DNA of 64,000 nt, from the IMG/VR virus record IMGVR_UViG_3300020049_012431, positions 1 to 64,000 of that record; one strand, 5' to 3'. Positions 24,409 to 33,925 of the stretch are shown here, one piece after another. The notes beneath the pieces were generated by a model. That model was given only the letters and a program-made list of their open reading frames with translations. It was not told the origin of the DNA and ran no database searches. A program made the position numbers and the translations under genes. This DNA is from a virus. Lineage: Duplodnaviria; Caudoviricetes. The first letter of the stretch is position 1. Each line of letters starts with the position of its first letter.

Positions 24409-26355
24409 ATGATGGAATACATTCGTTTAAATCGTGGTCTTACTAACTATAATCTAGTTCCAGCTAATGCTGATGTTTGGGATTATATTCAAGATAATCA
24501 AAGCGACTATTACACAAGCATCTTTCAATATAACCAAGAACAATACGATCAATGGAAACGAACAGGAAGTGTTGCTGGCATTAAGCATGTTACAACAAAT
24601 AAACTTGTGTTTGATTTTGATGATAAAAACAATTTAGAGGCGGCTAAGTCTGATGCCTTAACTCTTATTAGTCGTTTATTGTTAAATGGTATAAAAGAAG
24701 ATAATATTCAAGTTAGTTTTTCTGGAAGCAAGGGATTTTGTGTTGAACTACACACTAAAGAAAGCTTTAGCCAGGAAGAATTTAAAAATACAACATTTGC
24801 TCTAGCTTCCGATCTTTCTAGCTTTGACCGCGTAGTCAATGATGCTCAGCGCATTATTCGTGTTGTAGGAACAAAACACCCCGTTAGTGGTTTGTATAAA
24901 ATCCCGCTATCTGTTAAACAGTTATCAGATCAATCTGTTACACAAATTAAAATGATTGCAGCTAATCTAGAAAGTGTTGATCAAAGTGTTATGCTCGGAT
25001 GGTTGCCTGTAGATCTACCAGAATCACTTAAAAAAATTAAAGTCACTAAAAAAGAAGAGAAATTGGTTGTTGAAAAAATGGAACATACATTAGATACAAC
25101 GCTTAAACCTAAATGGTTGAGCGAAGCAAAATTCGCTTTACAACAAGGATTCTTTGAAGATGGGGAACGTAATCTAGCATGTATGATATTAGCTAGTACA
25201 TATAAAAATCAAGGCTTCCCTAAGGAAATTACGTACAGAATCCTAAAAGGCACATTAGAGCTAAGAGCCGAACGCTTAGGTAATGATGGTTACGATAAAA
25301 AAGAATTATGGAAAACAATTATTGAACCTGTATATAGTCCACATTGGCAGGGAGGGACATACTCCTATGAAAACACCCCATTGTTACAAATTGTAACAAA
25401 GAGACTAAGCCTCAGTGTTCCTAATGTTGAAACTAAGAAAACAGTAATTATTTCTGATGTTGGTATTAAATTTTCATCATTTGCTAAGAATTTTGAAAAG
25501 AATAGAATTCTTACTGGAATAAAAGAATTAGATGAGGATGTTATTCTTACAACAGGTATGGCAGTAGGATTACTTGGCGCACCTAGTAGCGGTAAAACGG
25601 CTCATGCACTAAATATATTAGAATACGCATCTAAGAATGGTATTGCTTGCGGTATGGGTTCTCATGATATGTATGACGCGTTATTATTTTGTAGATTAAT
25701 ACAAAAATATTGTCCTTATGATTTTAAACGTATAACAACTATGGTAAAAGATGGTAATTTTGATAGTAAATTACAATCAGCTTGGGATAAAGTAATGGAG
25801 ACTTTTAACAATGTAGGTTTTAATTTTCAATCAAGTCCTTCAATTGAAGATCTTTACATGTTTGTTGATGAATATGAACAAAATTATGGTAATAAAATGA
25901 AACTTCTCATTGTTGATTATCTTGAGAAACTTTCTGGACCATACTCAGACCCAACAGCAAATAGTGGATATTTAGCCGCAAAGCTTGCCGATTTAGCAAA
26001 AGAACGGGATCTTTGTGTTGTTGTCTTATTGCAACCACAAAAACAAGCGGGCGATCCAAGCGAACCACTTCTAAGTATGCGTAATGTCAAGGGTGCATCA
26101 AGAATCGAGCAAGACTTACGAGTAATTATGACAACATGGAGACCGGGCTTCAATCCAGAAAACAATAATGCTGATGATAAATATTCATCAATAGCTGTTG
26201 TTAAGAATAATATGGGACCAGTCGGGAAGTTTGATTTTAAATGGGATGGCGTGTCTGGTAGAATAAGATCTTTGATGGATGAAGAGAGAGATGACTTGAA
26301 AAATGTTATTGATGCGAACCAAAGAAGGAAAGCAGCAAAGGCAAATGACATATGA
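24409..26355 (+). CDS. Primase-helicase (AEP prim-pol + DnaB-like SF4 helicase)
   Basis: VFDFD and SGSKGF in the N-terminal part; GAPSSGKT (Walker A), IVDYLE, LLQPQ, VVKNNMG in the C-terminal part. Confidence 0.85.
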   Translation: MMEYIRLNRGLTNYNLVPANADVWDYIQDNQSDYYTSIFQYNQEQYDQWKRTGSVAGIKHVTTNKLVFDFDDKNNLEAAKSDALTLISRLLLNGIKEDNIQVSFSGSKGFCVELHTKESFSQEEFKNTTFALASDLSSFDRVVNDAQRIIRVVGTKHPVSGLYKIPLSVKQLSDQSVTQIKMIAANLESVDQSVMLGWLPVDLPESLKKIKVTKKEEKLVVEKMEHTLDTTLKPKWLSEAKFALQQGFFEDGERNLACMILASTYKNQGFPKEITYRILKGTLELRAERLGNDGYDKKELWKTIIEPVYSPHWQGGTYSYENTPLLQIVTKRLSLSVPNVETKKTVIISDVGIKFSSFAKNFEKNRILTGIKELDEDVILTTGMAVGLLGAPSSGKTAHALNILEYASKNGIACGMGSHDMYDALLFCRLIQKYCPYDFKRITTMVKDGNFDSKLQSAWDKVMETFNNVGFNFQSSPSIEDLYMFVDEYEQNYGNKMKLLIVDYLEKLSGPYSDPTANSGYLAAKLADLAKERDLCVVVLLQPQKQAGDPSEPLLSMRNVKGASRIEQDLRVIMTTWRPGFNPENNNADDKYSSIAVVKNNMGPVGKFDFKWDGVSGRIRSLMDEERDDLKNVIDANQRRKAAKANDI

Positions 26356-26609
26356 AAAAATTATTAAAGATATTTAAAAATAGATTTGTTACTATAACAA
26401 TTAAAAGTGTCCGTACTAGAAACGCAAATATGCAATTTGTTGGTTTTTTCCTTGACGAAGATAAGGATTTCATATATCTTGGAGAGACACCGGATGGAGA
26501 AATTCATGCGGCAATACCAAAAAGTGAAAATGCCGGTATTGTACTTACTGACGAATTAAATTTTTTAATGGATCAGATTGATATACCTGGAGACCAAGGG
26601 GTTCAATAA
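26352..26609 (+). CDS. Hypothetical protein (Sm-like beta pattern)
   Basis: 85-aa ORF coupled to neighbours. Confidence 0.55.
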   Translation: MKKLLKIFKNRFVTITIKSVRTRNANMQFVGFFLDEDKDFIYLGETPDGEIHAAIPKSENAGIVLTDELNFLMDQIDIPGDQGVQ

Positions 26610-29077
26610 TGGAACAGTTTGTTGTAGACACAAAAGAAGCGTTTCAGGATGTACTGTCTTGCCTACAAGACGGTACAGAACTAAAACATGTATCAGAAAA
26701 TGTATACAAAATGAGTGGCGCAACATTAGAATTTAATAAGGAATACGAAGACCAGCTTCAGCTTCATGATATCATTTATGGTATAAATAAAGAATCTAAT
26801 ATTGTTAATATCTCAATTAAAAATGATCTTGTTTATATTTTTAAAGAAACCGTCGCTGGTGTCCACTATAAGGTGTTACCATACAAACACTGGGTATTAG
26901 CTAAATCAAAATTAAATGAATCGTTTAAACCTCTATTCGGCAAACAATCGTATTCCTGGTATAAAGAATATAGCTATGAGCAATTTGAAATAAATATACA
27001 ACCTAAAATGTATAAGATGGGATTGTATACAATACACAATCCTGCTGAAAATTTTATGACACGTCAGGGATTTACATACTTCAAAGATACAAAAAGTATC
27101 GATGTGTCGGTTGTTTCTTTTGATATAGAGACAACAGGGTTAGATCCTAAAGCCAAGGATGCTCAGGTATTATTAATAACGAATACATATAGAAAAGGCA
27201 CAACGCAATTAAGCAAGACCTTTTCTGTTGCTGATTATAAAAATGATGGCGATATGATACTAGACTGGTGCTCTTGGGTTGTTGAGATGGACCCGAGTGT
27301 CATGCTTGGTCATAATATTGTTATGTTTGATATTCCTTATATCAAAGGACGAATTAATTCTTATAAAAAAGAACTACCAATTGGTCGTATGCAGGAAGAA
27401 TTAGTCATTGAAGATAAACCAAGAGAATTACGAAAAGATGGTAGCCAGTCGTATACATACCATAGAGTAAACTGTTTCGGCAGAGAAGTAGTTGATACTT
27501 TCTTTTTGGCAATTAAAGCCGATACAGCACGCAAATATGAATCATATGGTTTGAAAAGTATCATTAAACAAGAAGGTTTAGAGGAAGCAGATAGACAACA
27601 ATACGATGCTGCGTCTATTGGTAAAAACTGGCATATTCCAGAAGAGCGAGCAAAAATTATTGCCTATGCGGAGGCAGACAGCCGCGACCCAATTAAATTG
27701 TATGATCTAATGATAGCACCATTCTTCTACCTAACACCATATATACCAAAACCATTTCAGATAATGATGGAAAGCGCAACAGGAAGTCAGATTAATTCCC
27801 TCATGGTGAGAAGCTACTTACAAAAGAATATGTCTGTAGCTGAGGGCAGCCCTTCGGTAGAATTCGAGGGTGCGATTAGCTTCGGCAATACTGGTATTTA
27901 TAAAAATGTGTATAAAGTTGACGTGGCATCACTGTATCCAAGTATTATGCGTCATTACAAAATATATCCAGAAAAAAAGGATTTTAATTTAAATTTCGCG
28001 AAAATGTTAGAATATTTTACAGTAGAGAGATTAAAGAATAAAGTATTAGCTAAAGACACCGGTGATAGGTATTATGATGATTTACAAAACTCACAAAAAA
28101 ATCTGGTGAATTCCTGCTACGGTTTTTTAGGGGCCAAGGGTCTCAATTATAATTTTCCTAGTGGTGCTGCCGCTGTTACTAAGTACGGTAGAGAAGTAGT
28201 CACAAAAGCTGTTGAATGGGCAACTGGTCACACATTAGAGCACAAGGTAAAACATATTCGAAATGAAGGCAAAGAAAATGAAGAGATAGAAAGAGAATGG
28301 GTTATGGGTAAAAAAATTGGAGAAGGAAAAGGATACACTATATCAAATTGTGATACAGATAGTATTTCTTTTACTTGCGGTAAAGACCTAACCCTAGAAG
28401 ATAGAAAAAATATTATAGTGGATATAAACTCGCACTTTCCGGAAATGATTAGATTCGAGGATGACGGGTACTATTCTGTTGTTTGTATTTTAAAAGCTAA
28501 GAATTATATTTTATTTGATGGAAAGAAAATTAAACTTAAAGGCAGTTCAATTAGAGACCAGAAAAAAGAGCCGGGATTGAAAGAGATGATGGACAAAATG
28601 ATCAATTGTATCATATTTGATAATCCTCAAAACCTGATTAATATATACCACGATTATATTAGAGAGACAATGAATGTTCAAGATATTAGACGCTGGTGCG
28701 CAAAAAAGACAATTACCAAAGCGATTCTTAATTGTGCACATGACCCTGAAGCGCGAATGAATGAAGTAAAGGTATATGATGCTGTAAAGGATATTCCTGG
28801 GCTGCAAGAGGGCGATAAGGTATACCTGTACCCAACAATACTTGGTACTGAGATAATTCCTGGTGGTGTATCGTTAAAAACCGGAAAACCATTAAAAGAT
28901 AAGAGTAAACTAGTCACAGGACTTAAATTAGTTGAAAAATGGGTTGGTGATGAGGATAAAGATAAGTTAATTCAACGAGTTGTAGATACTGTAGATATTT
29001 TTGCTAATGTTATTGACATAAATCAATTTGTAGACTACACTCTAAATAAGAATAAAAATCTCTTGACTTCTTTATAA
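26609..29077 (+). CDS. Family B DNA polymerase with 3'-5' exonuclease
   Basis: FDIETTG, GHNIVMFDIPY, DVASLYPSIM, KNLVNSCYGFLG, DTDS. Confidence 0.95.
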   Translation: MEQFVVDTKEAFQDVLSCLQDGTELKHVSENVYKMSGATLEFNKEYEDQLQLHDIIYGINKESNIVNISIKNDLVYIFKETVAGVHYKVLPYKHWVLAKSKLNESFKPLFGKQSYSWYKEYSYEQFEINIQPKMYKMGLYTIHNPAENFMTRQGFTYFKDTKSIDVSVVSFDIETTGLDPKAKDAQVLLITNTYRKGTTQLSKTFSVADYKNDGDMILDWCSWVVEMDPSVMLGHNIVMFDIPYIKGRINSYKKELPIGRMQEELVIEDKPRELRKDGSQSYTYHRVNCFGREVVDTFFLAIKADTARKYESYGLKSIIKQEGLEEADRQQYDAASIGKNWHIPEERAKIIAYAEADSRDPIKLYDLMIAPFFYLTPYIPKPFQIMMESATGSQINSLMVRSYLQKNMSVAEGSPSVEFEGAISFGNTGIYKNVYKVDVASLYPSIMRHYKIYPEKKDFNLNFAKMLEYFTVERLKNKVLAKDTGDRYYDDLQNSQKNLVNSCYGFLGAKGLNYNFPSGAAAVTKYGREVVTKAVEWATGHTLEHKVKHIRNEGKENEEIEREWVMGKKIGEGKGYTISNCDTDSISFTCGKDLTLEDRKNIIVDINSHFPEMIRFEDDGYYSVVCILKAKNYILFDGKKIKLKGSSIRDQKKEPGLKEMMDKMINCIIFDNPQNLINIYHDYIRETMNVQDIRRWCAKKTITKAILNCAHDPEARMNEVKVYDAVKDIPGLQEGDKVYLYPTILGTEIIPGGVSLKTGKPLKDKSKLVTGLKLVEKWVGDEDKDKLIQRVVDTVDIFANVIDINQFVDYTLNKNKNLLTSL

Positions 29078-29091
29078 GATTGGGGTATCAT

Positions 29092-29256
29092 ATGACTTAC
29101 TATGACGTTGTGAAGCTTTTAAAAGCGAATGGTTGGGAAAGCATTAAACTATATCAAGATAGAGAAACTTGGTCAAAAGGTAATAAGACTGTTGTATTGA
29201 TGGTGCACGATAGATTACCTAAGAAGTTAGTTAATAGCATTATTTCAATGGGGTAA
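29092..29256 (+). CDS. 54-aa HicA-like protein (absent from ORF track)
   Basis: Read by hand: MTYYDVVKLLKANGWESIKLYQDRETWSKGNKTVVLMVHDRLPKKLVNSIISMG. Confidence 0.5.
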   Translation: MTYYDVVKLLKANGWESIKLYQDRETWSKGNKTVVLMVHDRLPKKLVNSIISMG

Positions 29257-29259
29257 TAT

Positions 29260-30792
29260 ATGCGAGATATTTTAAGCGTATCAAAAGCTTTTGTTAAAAA
29301 ACATAAGACATACCCATCGATGCCTGATATGGCTAAGCTTGGTTTCAGTAGAGACCAGGTTCGTAGTGTGTATGGTAATCTTGAGGGACTTCATGATGAA
29401 TTATTCATTCATTGCCAAGATGAATTTATTGATCTTTCTCGAGAATCGGTAAACAATCTTAATACAAAAAAGTATAAAACATTTATTATTACTACGGCAC
29501 TCACTGGGTCTACTGTACAAAAAAATGTTGTGTCAAGTATACATACCTTCTGTAAAAAAAATAAAGCGGCACCAATTGTTTTGGTCGCTAAGGGTTCAAG
29601 TAAATTAGCACAAACACTGGATGCGTCTCTTCGTGGAATGCACATTCTTACACAAGACACAGAACTTAATAGTAATTTAAAAATCGTCGGGGTTTTCCAA
29701 TCAGGATCAAAGACTGACCCTACTAGTGGCGGAATTAGTCGTACAGGAAATAGGGATAGCAGCATAATACTTGCTTCACCTAAACAGCGTTTATTCTATA
29801 CAGCAACAGGTATTGATAAATTACCCCATGCAACGATGGGTACTGGAGCTATCACTGAGCCGCAATATGATAAACGTAATATGTCTGGTTATGTTGCAAA
29901 CCATGACCATGTGATGGGTGCTATTGTTGTTGAAATCGTTGATGAAAATCTATTTCATTTTAGACAAGTACAGTTTGATAGACATGGCGGGTTTGTAGAT
30001 CTTGGTGTATACTACTGTGGATCTAAATCTAAATCTATGGCACCAATTGCTATGGTGTTGGGTGATTGGCATGCTGGCGAGAGTGACCCTGTTGTTGTAC
30101 AGAGCACTATAGCATTAACCAAAGCATTAAAGATACCTACGTGGGTATTACACGATACATTTGATGGAACAAGCATATCACATCACGACATGGGAAAACA
30201 AATCTCATTAACAAAAAAAGCAGAAGAAAATCAATTAAATTTAGAAAAAGAATTACGCACTTATTCTGCTGACATTGAAATGATAAGTAAATTAGTTAAG
30301 AATGTTGTTGTAGTTAAAAGTAATCACGACGAACACTTGGAGCGATATTTAGATGAGGGCAGATTCATAAAAGATCCGCAGAATATGAAGCTCGCAATTG
30401 AACTTGCCGGTCAGATGATAAATAGCACGAACATCCTAAAATATGCTGTGGGTAAGTTCGCTAAAGCTAAAAACAACATAGTATGGTTATCTAGAGGGCA
30501 ATCATTACGAATTGCTGGTATTGAATGTGGTTTACATGGTGATGTTGGACCGAACGGAAGCAGAGGAAGTCTTGCCGCTTTTGAAAAATCGTATGGAAAC
30601 AGTATTGTCGGTCACAGTCATACACCAGGCATTCTACGTGGGGCATGGTGTGTTGGGACAACAACAGCAACAAGTCCTGACTATGGTCGTGGTGGTGCGA
30701 GTAGCTGGTTAAATACGCATTGCTTGGTGTATTCAAATGGACATCGCCAATTAGTTAATTGCATTAATGGGAAGTTCTCTAAATTAATATGA
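29260..30792 (+). CDS. Large calcineurin-like metallophosphoesterase-domain protein
   Basis: GDWHAG, HDTFDG, SNHDEH, LHGD, GHSHTPG. Confidence 0.8.
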   Translation: MRDILSVSKAFVKKHKTYPSMPDMAKLGFSRDQVRSVYGNLEGLHDELFIHCQDEFIDLSRESVNNLNTKKYKTFIITTALTGSTVQKNVVSSIHTFCKKNKAAPIVLVAKGSSKLAQTLDASLRGMHILTQDTELNSNLKIVGVFQSGSKTDPTSGGISRTGNRDSSIILASPKQRLFYTATGIDKLPHATMGTGAITEPQYDKRNMSGYVANHDHVMGAIVVEIVDENLFHFRQVQFDRHGGFVDLGVYYCGSKSKSMAPIAMVLGDWHAGESDPVVVQSTIALTKALKIPTWVLHDTFDGTSISHHDMGKQISLTKKAEENQLNLEKELRTYSADIEMISKLVKNVVVVKSNHDEHLERYLDEGRFIKDPQNMKLAIELAGQMINSTNILKYAVGKFAKAKNNIVWLSRGQSLRIAGIECGLHGDVGPNGSRGSLAAFEKSYGNSIVGHSHTPGILRGAWCVGTTTATSPDYGRGGASSWLNTHCLVYSNGHRQLVNCINGKFSKLI

Positions 30793-31313
30793 ATTATATA
30801 AAACAGGATCTTAATAGACTAATTAAATACGGACAGGGGCTTGGTCTTAAGATAAGCATCAAACCCTATGTTCGCGGTAGCGGCGATGCTGGCTATTGGT
30901 ATACTGATGGTAGTGAAGTGACACTATTTCAGTGGCCAAGACAAAGTACAACAAGTCTCGTTCTTATATGTCTACATGAACTAGCTCATCACTTATCATA
31001 TAGATATGCTGGTGATCAGCTCAATAAAAAATATCTAGAGGCACTTGATGCTGACTACAAAAGAAAATCTGATGATAAACCAATTAAAAAATCTTTACCT
31101 AAAGCTATATATTTAAAAGAACTCAATGACACAAAATTCCAGGACGCTATAGCATTTGAAACAGGACTGCGCATTCCTAAATGGAAAATCGATGCAGAAA
31201 AAGAGTTAGATATTTGGATATATCATGTGTATTACATAACAGGCCAGTATCCTAATAAAACCGAAAAAATGTTAAAAAGAAAAGAGTTAATAAAAAAATA
31301 TGAAAAATCTTAA
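30789..31313 (+). CDS. Putative HExxH zinc metallopeptidase
   Basis: CLHELAHHL. Confidence 0.55.
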   Translation: MNYIKQDLNRLIKYGQGLGLKISIKPYVRGSGDAGYWYTDGSEVTLFQWPRQSTTSLVLICLHELAHHLSYRYAGDQLNKKYLEALDADYKRKSDDKPIKKSLPKAIYLKELNDTKFQDAIAFETGLRIPKWKIDAEKELDIWIYHVYYITGQYPNKTEKMLKRKELIKKYEKS

Positions 31314-31481
31314 GTTTGTTATTACATTTATGGATGGCAGTGAGGCGGAATTGTCGAGCCCATTAAGCGATAGAAAAAGTGCTATTAGCTGGTTTAGATC
31401 ACAACCTGACATAGAGATTGAAGGGACTTATTATACAAGACACAGTATATTTAGCTGGTTTATTACAGAGGTAGTGTAGTC

Positions 31482-31766
31482 GTGCCTAAAAAAAAGGAAC
31501 GTAGTGAGGGTGAATACTACCGAGGCAAAATCAGAGAACTCGAAAAAGAAAATAGACACCTACATAGACAATTGAAATATATGGAAAAAAATCAACACAT
31601 ATATGAGGATATTATTCTCGGGGATAAAGAAGCAGCATTTGAGGAGAAAACAGAAAAGCAACAATGTTGTACTGAGTGTGGAAAAGGTAAAATTAAAACG
31701 ATAAATATTATTGGTAGGATTTTCATAGAATGTGATACCTGCCACTATAGGAAGAAAATATCATGA
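31482..31766 (+). CDS. Coiled-coil plus C-terminal zinc-ribbon protein
   Basis: CTECG...CDTC. Confidence 0.65.
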   Translation: MPKKKERSEGEYYRGKIRELEKENRHLHRQLKYMEKNQHIYEDIILGDKEAAFEEKTEKQQCCTECGKGKIKTINIIGRIFIECDTCHYRKKIS

Positions 31767-32125
31767 AAAAAGAAGTGAAGGATCACGCAATAAGTACCTT
31801 ACGCAGAGGCAGTTACCGTTGGAAAGGTCGATGGGAAGCAGAACGTAGAAGCCGTGTTGGCAGAGGAGAATACTACTGCGAAGAATGCGGTACAATTGGT
31901 AAAAAAAACCATTCACAGATGGATCACACCATACCAGTGGTGGACCCTATTGAGGGATGGAAAGACTTCGATACATTCATCGAGCGACTATACATACCGG
32001 CTGATGGTTGGAAGCGATTATGTAAACCGTGCCACCTAGATAAAACTCGTATCGAAAACTCTATTCGTAAAGAACAAAAAGCACGCACTTTTAGTAAAAA
32101 GAAAAAATCTAAAAAGAAAGCTTGA
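31763..32125 (+). CDS. HNH endonuclease
   Basis: CEECG, MDHTIPV, LCKPCHLDKT. Confidence 0.85.
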   Translation: MKKEVKDHAISTLRRGSYRWKGRWEAERRSRVGRGEYYCEECGTIGKKNHSQMDHTIPVVDPIEGWKDFDTFIERLYIPADGWKRLCKPCHLDKTRIENSIRKEQKARTFSKKKKSKKKA

Positions 32126-32150
32126 CTTTTGGTACATTCTTTGCTACACT
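32122..32150 (+). promoter_or_regulatory. Sigma70-type promoter, leaderless geometry
   Basis: TTGACT-17-TACACT, then 6 nt to ATG 32157. Confidence 0.65.
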
Positions 32151-32156
32151 AAGCAA

Positions 32157-32417
32157 ATGAAAACACTTAAACTACCACTTATGTTTGATCCGGTAAGCAA
32201 TAAACCATCGGTAACACTTATGTTTCCGTATTTGTCATTTATTGTTTTATTGACAGGAACTTGTTTGCTCTTGAAGCAGAATGTAATGCAGGGAACAATT
32301 GCTGCAGGGATTATATGGTTCTTATCAACATGTTTTTACTTATTAAGAAAACTCAATAAAATCAATATTGATGTTGATGACAAAAAACTAGAATTAGATG
32401 GTGGAGACGAAAAATGA
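32157..32417 (+). CDS. Two-TM membrane protein (holin-like)
   Basis: Two TM helices, charged C-terminus. Confidence 0.55.
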   Translation: MKTLKLPLMFDPVSNKPSVTLMFPYLSFIVLLTGTCLLLKQNVMQGTIAAGIIWFLSTCFYLLRKLNKINIDVDDKKLELDGGDEK

Positions 32418-32854
32418 ATAAAGGTATTATAGTTATTGTTGCAATTATTTTAGTATCTATGGGTTATGGTGCTGGTAAGTACGCAAATCCAGCTAAAGTT
32501 GAAACTAAGATTGTTGAAGTAGAAAAAGAAAAGATTGTTGTTAAAACTAATGTTGTTGTTAAGACTAAAGAAATCAAACGACCAGATGGTACTGTTATCA
32601 CAGAAACGGATACCACCGATAAAAGCACTACATCGACCGATATAGATAAAGAAATGTCGAATACTAATTTAGTAATTAACGCTAAACCCAATTATATGGT
32701 TAGTGGCGTTATGGGTTCTAATACTAGTAATGTCGATTTTTCTTACGGTGTAAAACTTGATAAACGTGCTGTGGGCAATTTATTTGCTGGTGGCATGGTT
32801 ATGAAAAATAGTAAAGATACCTTTGTTGGTATTAGTGTAGGATATGAGTTCTAA
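32414..32854 (+). CDS. N-anchored membrane protein with beta-rich C-terminus (possible spanin-like)
   Basis: N-terminal TM; ends FVGISVGYEF. Confidence 0.5.
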   Translation: MNKGIIVIVAIILVSMGYGAGKYANPAKVETKIVEVEKEKIVVKTNVVVKTKEIKRPDGTVITETDTTDKSTTSTDIDKEMSNTNLVINAKPNYMVSGVMGSNTSNVDFSYGVKLDKRAVGNLFAGGMVMKNSKDTFVGISVGYEF

Positions 32855-33239
32855 GAGTCTTTCTGAACTATTACAAATACTATCTACATCGGAAGATAAT
32901 GTAGAAAGGTTACCAGAGGATATAACACAGTTTATATCCGATATGGAAATAGAATCTAGTGATACAGAAAAGATACCGGCATTTGTGTTATATTGGGAAT
33001 ATGCTTGTTGGAAGAAATCTGGGTACGGAAGAGAACCCCTACTAACTAAAATTACGTTTTTTAAACAATTAAGTAAGAAATTTAAAAGTGGTCGCCATGA
33101 CTACAGATATTATAGAGTTCGAGCTAATGGTTTCTATTATGATGTTAATAAAAGATGGAAACTAAAGAAAACGCTTAAGGAAGAGCATGACAAAAAAAAG
33201 AAAAAAAAGAGACGTAGTAAAATATCCCGGACTAAATAA
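32844..33239 (+). CDS. Hypothetical protein
   Basis: 131-aa ORF. Confidence 0.55.
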   Translation: MSSKSLSELLQILSTSEDNVERLPEDITQFISDMEIESSDTEKIPAFVLYWEYACWKKSGYGREPLLTKITFFKQLSKKFKSGRHDYRYYRVRANGFYYDVNKRWKLKKTLKEEHDKKKKKKRRSKISRTK

Positions 33240-33603
33240 GACATTATTCTCTAAGGTCAAACAAGAATACCACGATATTGATTATATTGATCAACTGTCA
33301 GACAAAGAGAAGTCATATCTTAGTCAATTTATGGAAGAATATCTTGGTGCGCAACTGAATGAGGATACTTTAAAAAATAAGTATAACCGTAAAGCTAAGC
33401 ATAAATCAAAAAAACATAGAAAAGATTGTTTTGACAGAAATAACGCTAGACAGCGAGATATTTATGGTTTGGGTAGGGCGATGGGTTGCCTAGATGACTA
33501 CGACTCAAGCCACGTGGCGGATTATCTGGAGTATTTGTCAGAGGAAGAGACCTCTGGGTATGAAGATGAGATGATAAAAAAAATTGACGAGGACTTAGAA
33601 TAA
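33187..33603 (+). CDS. Hypothetical protein
   Basis: 138-aa ORF, last gene of the plus-strand block. Confidence 0.65.
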   Translation: MTKKRKKRDVVKYPGLNKTLFSKVKQEYHDIDYIDQLSDKEKSYLSQFMEEYLGAQLNEDTLKNKYNRKAKHKSKKHRKDCFDRNNARQRDIYGLGRAMGCLDDYDSSHVADYLEYLSEEETSGYEDEMIKKIDEDLE

Positions 33604-33924
33604 TTTAGTGAGTATACCCATTTGATATAATCCTAATATCAATCCACAAACAGCAGTTAGTGTATACACAACCACTTTCGTAACGATAACAACCATTTTA
33701 ATATGCGATTGAACCTTAGCTTCAGATATAGCCACTTCTTTTCTAACTAAGCCCATCATATCTTCAAGTCTATTGGATCTAGCTACGTGCTCAACAACAC
33801 TGTCCTTAAGTTCGCCTAATATCTCTGTGTTGTATTTAAGAGTCATTTCTGTTTCTTTTGAAGAAATCTTCAATTCAACAACATCTTCTGCTAATTTTTC
33901 TAAATGTCCCCTAAATTCATTCAT
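33595..33924 (-). CDS. Coiled-coil protein with C-terminal TM
   Basis: Heptad pattern followed by a hydrophobic tail. Confidence 0.65.
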   Translation of the reverse strand: MNEFRGHLEKLAEDVVELKISSKETEMTLKYNTEILGELKDSVVEHVARSNRLEDMMGLVRKEVAISEAKVQSHIKMVVIVTKVVVYTLTAVCGLILGLYQMGILTKLF

Positions 33925-33925
33925 A

